NCBI RefSeq assembly: GCF_009914755.1 | Contig: NC_060934.1 | Reading direction: 5' to 3' (one strand) | Origin: the human T2T-CHM13v2.0 reference genome, Homo sapiens | Length of the DNA: 64,000 nucleotides | Shown: positions 13,084 through 28,000 of the stretch, piece after piece | How positions within the stretch are numbered: the first letter of the stretch is position 1 | Layout: every line of letters starts with the position of its first letter | Notes under the pieces: generated by a model | Told to the model about the DNA's origin: nothing | The model's input: only the letters and a program-made list of their open reading frames with translations | The model's database searches: none | Program-made: the position numbers and the translations under genes

Positions 13084-16000
13084 ATGGAATCGTCATCGAA
13101 TGAATTGAATGCAATCATCGAATGGTCTCGAATGGAATCATCTTCAAATGGAATGGAATGGAATCATCGCATAGAATCGAATGGAATTATCATCGAATGG
13201 ACTAAAATGGAATCAACATCAAACGGAATTATCGAATGGAATCGAAGAGAATCAACGAATGGCCTCGAATAGAATCATCAAATGGAATGGAATGGAATAA
13301 TCCATTGACCCGAATGCAATCACCATCAAATAGAATCGAATGGAATCATCGAATGGAATCGAATGGAATAATCATTGAACGGAATCGAATGGAACCATCG
13401 TCGAATGGATACGAATGGAATCATCATCGAATGCAAATGAAAGGAGTCATCATCTAATGGAATCGCATGGAAACAGCATCAAATGGAATCGAATGGAAGC
13501 ATCATCGAATGGAATCTAATGGAATCATTGAACGGAATTGAATGGAATCGTCACCGAATGGATTGAATGCAATCATCGAATGGTCTCGAGTGGAATCATC
13601 TTCAAATGGAATGGAATGGAATCATCTCATAGAATCGAATGGAATTATCATTGAATCGACTCAAATGGAATCAACATCAATCGGAATCCAACGGAATTAC
13701 CGAATGGAATCGAAGAGAATCATCGAATGGACTCGAATGGAATCATCTAATGAAATAGAATGGAATAATCCATGGACTCGAATGCAATCATCATCAAATG
13801 GAATCGAATGGAATCGTCGAATGGACTCGAATGGAATAAACATTGAACGGAATCGAATGGAATCATCACCAGATAGAAACGAATAGAATCATCATCGAAT
13901 GGAATCGAATGTGATCATCAAATGGAATCAGATGGAATCATCATCAAATGGAATCGAATAGAATTATGGAATGGAATCCAATGTGATCATCATCGAATGA
14001 ACTCGAACGGAATCATCATCCAATGGAAACTAATGGAATCAACATCGAATGGAATCGAATGGAAACACCATCGAATTGAAACGAATGGAATTATCATGAA
14101 ATTGAAATGGATGGACTCATCATCGAATGGATTCGAATGGAATCATCGAATGAAATTGATTGAAATCATCATCAAATGGAATCGAATGGAATCATTGAAT
14201 GGAATCGAATGGAATCATCATCAGATGGAAATGAATGGAATCATCATAGAATGGAATCGAATGGATTCATTGAATGGAATCAGATGGAATCATCGAATGG
14301 ACTTGAATGGAATCATTGAATGGACTCGAATGGAATCTTTATTGAATGGAATTGAATGTAATCATTGAATGGACTCGAATGGAATCATTATCAAATGGAA
14401 TCGAATGGAATCACCGAATAGAATCGAATGGAACAATCATCGAATGGACTCAAATGGAATTATCCTCAAATGGAATCGAATGGAATTATCGAATGCAATC
14501 GAATGGAATTATCGAATGCAATCGAATAGAATCATCCAATGCACTCGACTGGAATCATGGAATGGAATGGAATGGAATAGTCAATGAACTCGAATGGAAT
14601 CATCATTGAATGGAATCGAATGGAATCATCGAGTGGAATCGAATGGAATTATGATCAAATGGAATCGAATGTAATAATCATCAAACGGAATCAAAAATAT
14701 CCATCATCAATTGGTATTGAATGGAATTGTCATCAAATGGAATTCAAAGGAATTATCATCAAATGGAACCGAATGAAATCCTCGTTGAATGGAAATGAAA
14801 GGAGTCATCATCTAATGGAATCGCATGGAATCATCATCACATGGAATGGAATGGAATCATCATCGAATGGAATCTAATGGAATCATTGAACGGAATTGAA
14901 TGGAATCGTCATCGAATGAATTGAATGCAATCATCGAATGGTCTCGAATGGAATCATCTTCAAATGGAAAGGAATGGAATAATCGCATAGAATCGAATGG
15001 AATTGTCATTGAATGGACTCGAATGGAATCAACATCAAACGGAATCAAACGGAATTATCGAATGGAATCGAAGAGAATCATCGAATGGCCACGAATGGAA
15101 TCATCTAATGGAATGCAATGGAATAATCCACGGACCCGAATGTAATCGTCATTGAATAGAAACTAATGGAATCATCGAATGGACTCGAATGGAATAATCA
15201 TTGAATAGAATCGAATGGAATCATCGTCGAATGGAAACGAATGGAATCATCATCGAATGGAAATGAAAGGAGTCATCATCTAATGGAATCGCATAGAATC
15301 ATCATCAAATGGCATAGAATGGAATCATCATCGAATGGATTCTAATGGAATCATTGAACGGAATTGAATGGTATCGTCATCGAAAGAATTGAATGCAATC
15401 ATCGAATGGTCTCGAATGGAATCATCTTCAAATGGAATGGAATGTAATAATCGCATAGAATCGAATGGAATTATCATTGAATGGACTCAAACGGAATCAA
15501 TATCAAACGGAATCAAACGGAATTATCAAATGGAATCGAAGAGAATCATCGAATGGACTCGAATGGAATCATCTAATGAAATAGAATGGAATAATCCATG
15601 GACTCGCATGCAATCACCATGAAATGGAAGCGAATGGAATCGTCGAATGGAATCGAATGGAATAAACATTGAACGGAATAGAATGGAGTAATCACCGGAT
15701 GGAAACGAATGGAATAATCATCGAATGGAATAATAAGATGGAATCATCATCAAATGGAATCGAATAGAATTTTGGAATGAAATCCAATGTGATCATCATC
15801 GAATGGACTCGAACGGAATCGTCATCCAATGGAAACTAATGGAATCAACATCGACTGGAATCGAATGGAAACACCATCGAATTGAAACGAATCTAATTAT
15901 CATGAAACTGAAATGGATGGACTCATCATCGAATGGATTCGAATGGAATCACCGAATGAAATTGATAGAAATCATCATCAAATGGAATCGAATGGAATCA

Positions 16001-19000
16001 TTGAATGGAATCGAATGGAATCATCATCAGATGGAAATGAATGGAATCATCACTGAATGGAAATGAAAGGAGTCATCATCTAATGGAATCGCATGGAATC
16101 ATCATCGAATGGAATCTAATTGAATCATTGAACGGAATTGAATGGAATCGTCATCGAATGAATTGAATGCAATCATCGAATGGTCTCGAATGGAATCATC
16201 TTCAAATGGAATGGAATGGAATCATCGCATAGAATCGAATGGAATTATCATCGAAGGGACTAAAATGGAATCAACATCAAACGGAATTATCGAATGGAAT
16301 CGAAGAGAATCAACGAATGGCCTCGAATAGAATCATCAAATGGAATGGAATGCAATAATCCATTGACCCGAATGCAATCACCATCAAATAGAATCGAATG
16401 GAATCATCGAATGGACTCGAAAGGAATAATCATTGAACGGAATAGAATGGAACCATCGTCGAATGGATACGAATGGAATCATCATCGAATGCAAATGAAA
16501 GGAGTCATCATCTAATGGAATCGCATGGAATCAGCATCAAATGGAATCGAATGGAATCATTGAATGGAATCGAATGGAGTCATCATCAGATGGAAATGAA
16601 TGGAATCATCATAGAATGGAATCGAATGGATTCATTGAATGGAATCAGATGGAATCATCGAATGGACTTGAATGGAATCATTGAATGGACTCGAATGGAA
16701 TCATTATTGCATGGAATTGAATGGAATCATCGAATGGTCCCGAATGGAGTCATTATCAAATGGAATCGAGCGGAATCACCGAATAGAATCGAATGGAACA
16801 AACATCGAATGGACTCAAATGTAATTATCCTCAAATGGAACCGAATGGAATTATCAAATGCAATCGAATGGAATTATCGAATGCAATCGAATAGAATCAT
16901 CGAATGGACTCGAATGGAATCATCGAATGGAAGGGAATAGAATAGTCAATGAACTCGAATGGAATCATCATTGAATGGATTCGAATGGAATCATCGAGTG
17001 GAATCGAATGGAATCATGATCAAATGGAATCGAATGTAATCATCCTCAAATGGAATCAAAAATAAACATCATCAATTGGTATTGAGTGGAATTGTCATCA
17101 AATGAAATTCAAAGGAATCATCAAATGGAACCGAATGGAATCCTCATTGAATGGAAATGAAAGGAGTCATCATCTAATGGAATGGCATGGAATCATCATC
17201 AAATGGAATCTAATGAAATCCTTGAACTGAATTGAATGGAATCGTCATCGAATGAATTGAATGCAATCATCGAATGGTTTGGAATGGAATCATCTTCAAA
17301 TGGAAAGGAATGGAATCATCGCATAGAATCGAATGGAATTATCATCGAATGGCCACGAATGGAATCATCTAATGGAATGGAATGGAATAATCCATGGACC
17401 CGAATGCAATCATCATCGAATAGAATCGAATGGAATCATCGAATGGACTCGAATGGAATAATTATTGAAAGGAATCGAATGGAATCATCGTCGAATGGAA
17501 ACGAATGGAATCATCATCGAATGGAAATGAAAGGAGTCATCATCTAATGGAATCGCATGGAATCATCATCAAATGGAATCGAATGGAATCATCATCGAAT
17601 GGAATCTAATGGAATCATTGAACGGAATTGAATGGAATCGTCATCGAATGAATTGAATGCAATCATCGAATGGTCTCGAATGGAATCATCTTCAAATGGA
17701 ATGGAATGGAATCATCGCATAGAATCGAATGGAATTATCATCGAATGGACTAAAATGGAATCAACATCAAACGGAATTATCGAATGGAATCGAAGAGAAT
17801 CAACGAATGGCCTCGAATAGAATCATCAAATGGAATGGAATGGAATAATCCATTGACCCGAATGCAATCACCATCAAATAGAATCGAATGGAATCATCGA
17901 ATGGAATCGAATGGAATAATCATTGAACGGAATCGAATGGAACCATCGTCGAATGGATACGAATGGAATCATCATCGAATGCAAATGAAAGGAGTCATCA
18001 TCTAATGGAATCGCATGGAAACAGCATCAAATGGAATCGAATGGAAGCATCATCGAATGGAATCTAATGGAATCATTGAACGGAATTGAATGGAATCGTC
18101 ACCGAATGGATTGAATGCAATCATCGAATGGTCTCGAGTGGAATCATCTTCAAATGGAATGGAATGGAATCATCTCATAGAATCGAATGGAATTATCATT
18201 GAATCGACTCAAATGGAATCAACATCAATCAGAATCCAACGGAATTACCGAATGGAATCGAAGAGAATCATCGAATGGACTCGAATGGAATCATCTAATG
18301 AAATAGAATGGAATAATCCATGGACTCGAATGCAATCATCATCAAATGGAATCGAATGGAATCGTCGAATGGACTCGAATGGAATAAACATTGAACGGAA
18401 TCGAATGGAATCATCACCAGATAGAAACGAATAGAATCATCATCGAATGGAATCGAATGTGATCATCAAATGGAATCAGATGGAATCATCATCAAATGGA
18501 ATCGAATAGAATTATGGAATGGAATCCAATGTGATCATCATCGAATGAACTCGAACGGAATCATCATCCAATGGAAACTAATGGAATCAACATCGAATGG
18601 AATCGAATGGAAACACCATCGAATTGAAACGAATGGAATTATCATGAAATTGAAATGGATGGACTCATCATCGAATGGATTCGAATGGAATCATCGAATG
18701 AAATTGATTGAAATCATCATCAAATGGAATCGAATGGAATCATTGAATGGAATCGAATGGAATCATCATCAGATGGAAATGAATGGAATCATCATAGAAT
18801 GGAATCGAATGGATTCATTGAATGGAATCAGATGGAATCATCGAATGGACTTGAATGGAATCATTGAATGGACTCGAATGGAATCTTTATTGAATGGAAT
18901 TGAATGTAATCATTGAATGGACTCGAATGGAATCATTATCAAATGGAATCGAATGGAATCACCGAATAGAATCGAATGGAACAATCATCGAATGGACTCA

Positions 19001-22000
19001 AATGGAATTATCCTCAAATGGAATCGAATGGAATTATCGAATGCAATCGAATGGAATTATCGAATGCAATCGAATAGAATCATCCAATGCACTCGACTGG
19101 AATCATGGAATGGAATGGAATGGAATAGTCAATGAACTCGAATGGAATCATCATTGAATGGAATCGAATGGAATCATCGAGTGGAATCGAATGGAATTAT
19201 GATCAAATGGAATCGAATGTAATAATCATCAAACGGAATCAAAAATATCCATCATCAATTGGTATTGAATGGAATTGTCATCAAATGGAATTCAAAGGAA
19301 TTATCATCAAATGGAACCGAATGAAATCCTCGTTGAATGGAAATGAAAGGAGTCATCATCTAATGGAATCGCATGGAATCATCATCACATGGAATGGAAT
19401 GGAATCATCATCGAATGGAATCTAATGGAATCATTGAACGGAATTGAATGGAATCGTCATCGAATGAATTGAATGCAATCATCGAATGGTCTCGAATGGA
19501 ATCATCTTCAAATGGAAAGGAATGGAATAATCGCATAGAATCAAATGGAATTGTCATTGAATGGACTCGAATGGAATCAACATCAAACGGAATCAAACGG
19601 AATTATCGAATGGAATCGAAGAGAATCATCGAATGGCCACGAATGGAATCATCTAATGGAATGCAATGGAATAATCCACGGACCCGAATGTAATCGTCAT
19701 TGAATAGAAACTAATGGAATCATCGAATGGACTCGAATGGAATAATCATTGAATAGAATCGAATGGAATCATCGTCGAATGGAAACGAATGGAATCATCA
19801 TCGAATGGAAATGAAAGGAGTCATCATCTAATGGAATCGCATAGAATCATCATCAAATGGCATAGAATGGAATCATCATCGAATGGATTCTAATGGAATC
19901 ATTGAACGGAATTGAATGGTATCGTCATCGAAAGAATTGAATGCAATCATCGAATGGTCTCGAATGGAATCATCTTCAAATGGAATGGAATGTAATAATC
20001 GCATAGAATCGAATGGAATTATCATTGAATGGACTCAAACGGAATCAATATCAAACGGAATCAAACGGAATTATCAAATGGAATCGAAGAGAATCATCGA
20101 ATGGACTCGAATGGAATCATCTAATGAAATAGAATGGAATAATCCATGGACTCGCATGCAATCACCATGAAATGGAAGCGAATGGAATCGTCGAATGGAA
20201 TCGAATGGAATAAACATTGAACGGAATAGAATGGAGTAATCACCGGATGGAAACGAATGGAATAATCATCGAATGGAATAATAAGATGGAATCATCATCA
20301 AATGGAATCGAATAGAATTTTGGAATGAAATCCAATGTGATCATCATCGAATGGACTCGAACGGAATCGTCATCCAATGGAAACTAATGGAATCAACATC
20401 GACTGGAATCGAATGGAAACACCATCGAATTGAAACGAATCTAATTATCATGAAACTGAAATGGATGGACTCATCATCGAATGGATTCGAATGGAATCAC
20501 CGAATGAAATTGATAGAAATCATCATCAAATGGAATCGAATGGAATCATTGAATGGAATCGAATGGAATCATCATCAGATGGAAATGAATGGAATCATCA
20601 CTGAATGGAAATGAAAGGAGTCATCATCTAATGGAATCGCATGGAATCATCATCGAATGGAATCTAATTGAATCATTGAACGGAATTGAATGGAATCGTC
20701 ATCGAATGAATTGAATGCAATCATCGAATGGTCTCGAATGGAATCATCTTCAAATGGAATGGAATGGAATCATCGCATAGAATCGAATGGAATTATCATC
20801 GAAGGGACTAAAATGGAATCAACATCAAACGGAATTATCGAATGGAATCGAAGAGAATCAACGAATGGCCTCGAATAGAATCATCAAATGGAATGGAATG
20901 CAATAATCCATTGACCCGAATGCAATCACCATCAAATAGAATCGAATGGAATCATCGAATGGACTCGAAAGGAATAATCATTGAACGGAATAGAATGGAA
21001 CCATCGTCGAATGGATACGAATGGAATCATCATCGAATGCAAATGAAAGGAGTCATCATCTAATGGAATCGCATGGAATCAGCATCAAATGGAATCGAAT
21101 GGAATCATTGAATGGAATCGAATGGAGTCATCATCAGATGGAAATGAATGGAATCATCATAGAATGGAATCGAATGGATTCATTGAATGGAATCAGATGG
21201 AATCATCGAATGGACTTGAATGGAATCATTGAATGGACTCGAATGGAATCATTATTGCATGGAATTGAATGGAATCATCGAATGGTCCCGAATGGAGTCA
21301 TTATCAAATGGAATCGAGCGGAATCACCGAATAGAATCGAATGGAACAAACATCGAATGGACTCAAATGTAATTATCCTCAAATGGAACCGAATGGAATT
21401 ATCAAATGCAATCGAATGGAATTATCGAATGCAATCGAATAGAATCATCGAATGGACTCGAATGGAATCATCGAATGGAAGGGAATAGAATAGTCAATGA
21501 ACTCGAATGGAATCATCATTGAATGGATTCGAATGGAATCATCGAGTGGAATCGAATGGAATCATGATCAAATGGAATCGAATGTAATCATCCTCAAATG
21601 GAATCAAAAATAAACATCATCAATTGGTATTGAGTGGAATTGTCATCAAATGAAATTCAAAGGAATCATCAAATGGAACCGAATGGAATCCTCATTGAAT
21701 GGAAATGAAAGGAGTCATCATCTAATGGAATGGCATGGAATCATCATCAAATGGAATCTAATGAAATCCTTGAACTGAATTGAATGGAATCGTCATCGAA
21801 TGAATTGAATGCAATCATCGAATGGTTTGGAATGGAATCATCTTCAAATGGAAAGGAATGGAATCATCGCATAGAATCGAATGGAATTATCATCGAATGG
21901 CCACGAATGGAATCATCTAATGGAATGGAATGGAATAATCCATGGACCCGAATGCAATCATCATCGAATAGAATCGAATGGAATCATCGAATGGACTCGA

Positions 22001-25000
22001 ATGGAATAATTATTGAAAGGAATCGAATGGAATCATCGTCGAATGGAAACGAATGGAATCATCATCGAATGGAAATGAAAGGAGTCATCATCTAATGGAA
22101 TCGCATGGAATCATCATCAAATGGAATCGAATGGAATCATCATCGAATGGAATCTAATGGAATCATTGAACGGAATTGAATGGAATCGTCATCGAATGAA
22201 TTGAATGCAATCATCGAATGGTCTCGAATGGAATCATCTTCAAATGGAATGGAATGGAATCATCGCATAGAATCGAATGGAATTATCATCGAAGGGACTA
22301 AAATGGAATCAACATCAAACGGAATTATCGAATGGAATCGAAGAGAATCAACGAATGGCCTCGAATAGAATCATCAAATGGAATGGAATGGAATAATCCA
22401 TTGACCCGAATGCAATCACCATCAAATAGAATCGAATGGAATCATCGAATGGAATCGAATGGAATAATCATTGAACGGAATCGAATGGAACCATCGTCGA
22501 ATGGATACGAATGGAATCATCATCGAATGCAAATGAAAGGAGTCATCATCTAATGGAATCGCATGGAAACAGCATCAAATGGAATCGAATGGAAGCATCA
22601 TCGAATGGAATCTAATGGAATCATTGAACGGAATTGAATGGAATCGTCACCGAATGGATTGAATGCAATCATCGAATGGTCTCGAGTGGAATCATCTTCA
22701 AATGGAATGGAATGGAATGATCATCTCATAGAATCGAATGGAATTATCATTGAATCGACTCAAATGGAATCAACATCAATCGGAATCCAACGGAATTACC
22801 GAATGGAATCGAAGAGAATCATCGAATGGACTCGAATGGAATCATCTAATGAAATAGAATGGAATAATCCATGGACTCGAATGCAATCATCATCAAATGG
22901 AATCGAATGGAATCGTCGAATGGACTCGAATGGAATAAACATTGAACGGAATCGAATGGAATCATCACCAGATAGAAACGAATAGAATCATCATCGAATG
23001 GAATCGAATGTGATCATCAAATGGAATCAGATGGAATCATCATCAAATGGAATCGAATAGAATTATGGAATGGAATCCAATGTGATCATCATCGAATGAA
23101 CTCGAACGGAATCATCATCCAATGGAAACTAATGGAATCAACATCGAATGGAATCGAATGGAAACACCATCGAATTGAAACGAATGGAATTATCATGAAA
23201 TTGAAATGGATGGACTCATCATCGAATGGATTCGAATGGAATCATCGAATGAAATTGATTGAAATCATCATCAAATGGAATCGAATGGAATCATTGAATG
23301 GAATCGAATGGAATCATCATCAGATGGAAATGAATGGAATCATCATAGAATGGAATCGAATGGATTCATTGAATGGAATCAGATGGAATCATCGAATGGA
23401 CTTGAATGGAATCATTGAATGGACTCGAATGGAATCTTTATTGAATGGAATTGAATGTAATCATTGAATGGACTCGAATGGAATCATTATCAAATGGAAT
23501 CGAATGGAATCACCGAATAGAATCGAATGGAACAATCATCGAATGGACTCAAATGGAATTATCCTCAAATGGAATCGAATGGAATTATCGAATGCAATCG
23601 AATGGAATTATCGAATGCAATCGAATAGAATCATCCAATGCACTCGACTGGAATCATGGAATGGAATGGAATGGAATAGTCAATGAACTCGAATGGAATC
23701 ATCATTGAATGGAATCGAATGGAATCATCGAGTGGAATCGAATGGAATTATGATCAAATGGAATCGAATGTAATAATCATCAAACGGAATCAAAAATATC
23801 CATCATCAATTGGTATTGAATGGAATTGTCATCAAATGGAATTCAAAGGAATTATCATCAAATGGAACCGAATGAAATCCTCGTTGAATGGAAATGAAAG
23901 GAGTCATCATCTAATGGAATCGCATGGAATCATCATCACATGGAATGGAATGGAATCATCATCGAATGGAATCTAATGGAATCATTGAACGGAATTGAAT
24001 GGAATCGTCATCGAATGAATTGAATGCAATCATCGAATGGTCTCGAATGGAATCATCTTCAAATGGAAAGGAATGGAATAATCGCATAGAATCGAATGGA
24101 ATTGTCATTGAATGGACTCGAATGGAATCAACATCAAACGGAATCAAACGGAATTATCGAATGGAATCGAAGAGAATCATCGAATGGCCACGAATGGAAT
24201 CATCTAATGGAATGCAATGGAATAATCCACGGACCCGAATGTAATCGTCATTGAATAGAAACTAATGGAATCATCGAATGGACTCGAATGGAATAATCAT
24301 TGAATAGAATCGAATGGAATCATCGTCGAATGGAAACGAATGGAATCATCATCGAATGGAAATGAAAGGAGTCATCATCTAATGGAATCGCATAGAATCA
24401 TCATCAAATGGCATAGAATGGAATCATCATCGAATGGATTCTAATGGAATCATTGAACGGAATTGAATGGTATCGTCATCGAAAGAATTGAATGCAATCA
24501 TCGAATGGTCTCGAATGGAATCATCTTCAAATGGAATGGAATGTAATAATCGCATAGAATCGAATGGAATTATCATTGAATGGACTCAAACGGAATCAAT
24601 ATCAAACGGAATCAAACGGAATTATCAAATGGAATCGAAGAGAATCATCGAATGGACTCGAATGGAATCATCTAATGAAATAGAATGGAATAATCCATGG
24701 ACTCGCATGCAATCACCATGAAATGGAAGCGAATGGAATCGTCGAATGGAATCGAATGGAATAAACATTGAACGGAATAGAATGGAGTAATCACCGGATG
24801 GAAACGAATGGAATAATCATCGAATGGAATAATAAGATGGAATCATCATCAAATGGAATCGAATAGAATTTTGGAATGAAATCCAATGTGATCATCATCG
24901 AATGGACTCGAACGGAATCGTCATCCAATGGAAACTAATGGAATCAACATCGACTGGAATCGAATGGAAACACCATCGAATTGAAACGAATCTAATTATC

Positions 25001-28000
25001 ATGAAACTGAAATGGATGGACTCATCATCGAATGGATTCGAATGGAATCACCGAATGAAATTGATAGAAATCATCATCAAATGGAATCGAATGGAATCAT
25101 TGAATGGAATCGAATGGAATCATCATCAGATGGAAATGAATGGAATCATCACTGAATGGAAATGAAAGGAGTCATCATCTAATGGAATCGCATGGAATCA
25201 TCATCGAATGGAATCTAATTGAATCATTGAACGGAATTGAATGGAATCGTCATCGAATGAATTGAATGCAATCATCGAATGGTCTCGAATGGAATCATCT
25301 TCAAATGGAATGGAATGGAATCATCGCATAGAATCGAATGGAATTATCATCGAAGGGACTAAAATGGAATCAACATCAAACGGAATTATCGAATGGAATC
25401 GAAGAGAATCAACGAATGGCCTCGAATAGAATCATCAAATGGAATGGAATGCAATAATCCATTGACCCGAATGCAATCACCATCAAATAGAATCGAATGG
25501 AATCATCGAATGGACTCGAAAGGAATAATCATTGAACGGAATAGAATGGAACCATCGTCGAATGGATACGAATGGAATCATCATCGAATGCAAATGAAAG
25601 GAGTCATCATCTAATGGAATCGCATGGAATCAGCATCAAATGGAATCGAATGGAATCATTGAATGGAATCGAATGGAGTCATCATCAGATGGAAATGAAT
25701 GGAATCATCATAGAATGGAATCGAATGGATTCATTGAATGGAATCAGATGGAATCATCGAATGGACTTGAATGGAATCATTGAATGGACTCGAATGGAAT
25801 CATTATTGCATGGAATTGAATGGAATCATCGAATGGTCCCGAATGGAGTCATTATCAAATGGAATCGAGCGGAATCACCGAATAGAATCGAATGGAACAA
25901 ACATCGAATGGACTCAAATGTAATTATCCTCAAATGGAACCGAATGGAATTATCAAATGCAATCGAATGGAATTATCGAATGCAATCGAATAGAATCATC
26001 GAATGGACTCGAATGGAATCATCGAATGGAAGGGAATAGAATAGTCAATGAACTCGAATGGAATCATCATTGAATGGATTCGAATGGAATCATCGAGTGG
26101 AATCGAATGGAATCATGATCAAATGGAATCGAATGTAATCATCCTCAAATGGAATCAAAAATAAACATCATCAATTGGTATTGAGTGGAATTGTCATCAA
26201 ATGAAATTCAAAGGAATCATCAAATGGAACCGAATGGAATCCTCATTGAATGGAAATGAAAGGAGTCATCATCTAATGGAATGGCATGGAATCATCATCA
26301 AATGGAATCTAATGAAATCCTTGAACTGAATTGAATGGAATCGTCATCGAATGAATTGAATGCAATCATCGAATGGTTTGGAATGGAATCATCTTCAAAT
26401 GGAAAGGAATGGAATCATCGCATAGAATCGAATGGAATTATCATCGAATGGCCACGAATGGAATCATCTAATGGAATGGAATGGAATAATCCATGGACCC
26501 GAATGCAATCATCATCGAATAGAATCGAATGGAATCATCGAATGGACTCGAATGGAATAATTATTGAAGGGAATCGAATGGAATCATCGTCGAATGGAAA
26601 CGAATGGAATCATCATCGAATGGAAATGAAAGGAGTCATCATCTAATGGAATCGCATGGAATCATCATCAAATGGAATCGAATGGAATCATCATCGAATG
26701 GAATCTAATGGAATCATTGAACGGAATTGAATGGAATCGTCATCGAATGAATTGAATGCAATCATCGAATGGTCTCGAATGGAATCATCTTCAAATGGAA
26801 TGGAATGGAATCATCGCATAGAATCGAATGGAATTATCATCGAATGGACTAAAATGGAATCAACATCAAACGGAATTATCGAATGGAATCGAAGAGAATC
26901 AACGAATGGCCTCGAATAGAATCATCAAATGGAATGGAATGGAATAATCCATTGACCCGAATGCAATCACCATCAAATAGAATCGAATGGAATCATCGAA
27001 TGGAATCGAATGGAATAATCATTGAACGGAATCGAATGGAACCATCGTCGAATGGATACGAATGGAATCATCATCGAATGCAAATGAAAGGAGTCATCAT
27101 CTAATGGAATCGCATGGAAACAGCATCAAATGGAATCGAATGGAAGCATCATCGAATGGAATCTAATGGAATCATTGAACGGAATTGAATGGAATCGTCA
27201 CCGAATGGATTGAATGCAATCATCGAATGGTCTCGAGTGGAATCATCTTCAAATGGAATGGAATGGAATGATCATCTCATAGAATCGAATGGAATTATCA
27301 TTGAATCGACTCAAATGGAATCAACATCAATCGGAATCCAACGGAATTACCGAATGGAATCGAAGAGAATCATCGAATGGACTCGAATGGAATCATCTAA
27401 TGAAATAGAATGGAATAATCCATGGACTCGAATGCAATCATCATCAAATGGAATCGAATGGAATCGTCGAATGGACTCGAATGGAATAAACATTGAACGG
27501 AATCGAATGGAATCATCACCAGATAGAAACGAATAGAATCATCATCGAATGGAATCGAATGTGATCATCAAATGGAATCAGATGGAATCATCATCAAATG
27601 GAATCGAATAGAATTATGGAATGGAATCCAATGTGATCATCATCGAATGAACTCGAACGGAATCATCATCCAATGGAAACTAATGGAATCAACATCGAAT
27701 GGAATCGAATGGAAACACCATCGAATTGAAACGAATGGAATTATCATGAAATTGAAATGGATGGACTCATCATCGAATGGATTCGAATGGAATCATCGAA
27801 TGAAATTGATTGAAATCATCATCAAATGGAATCGAATGGAATCATTGAATGGAATCGAATGGAATCATCATCAGATGGAAATGAATGGAATCATCATAGA
27901 ATGGAATCGAATGGATTCATTGAATGGAATCAGATGGAATCATCGAATGGACTTGAATGGAATCATTGAATGGACTCGAATGGAATCTTTATTGAATGGA

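Noticed and set aside
14559-14578. (GGAAT)4 run in each B unit as HSat3 sequence or a pathogenic-type TGGAA expansion or hairpin
   Set aside because: The run is only four units, produced by a point change of ATCGAAT to ATGGAAT. It is too short for an HSat3 block or an expansion.
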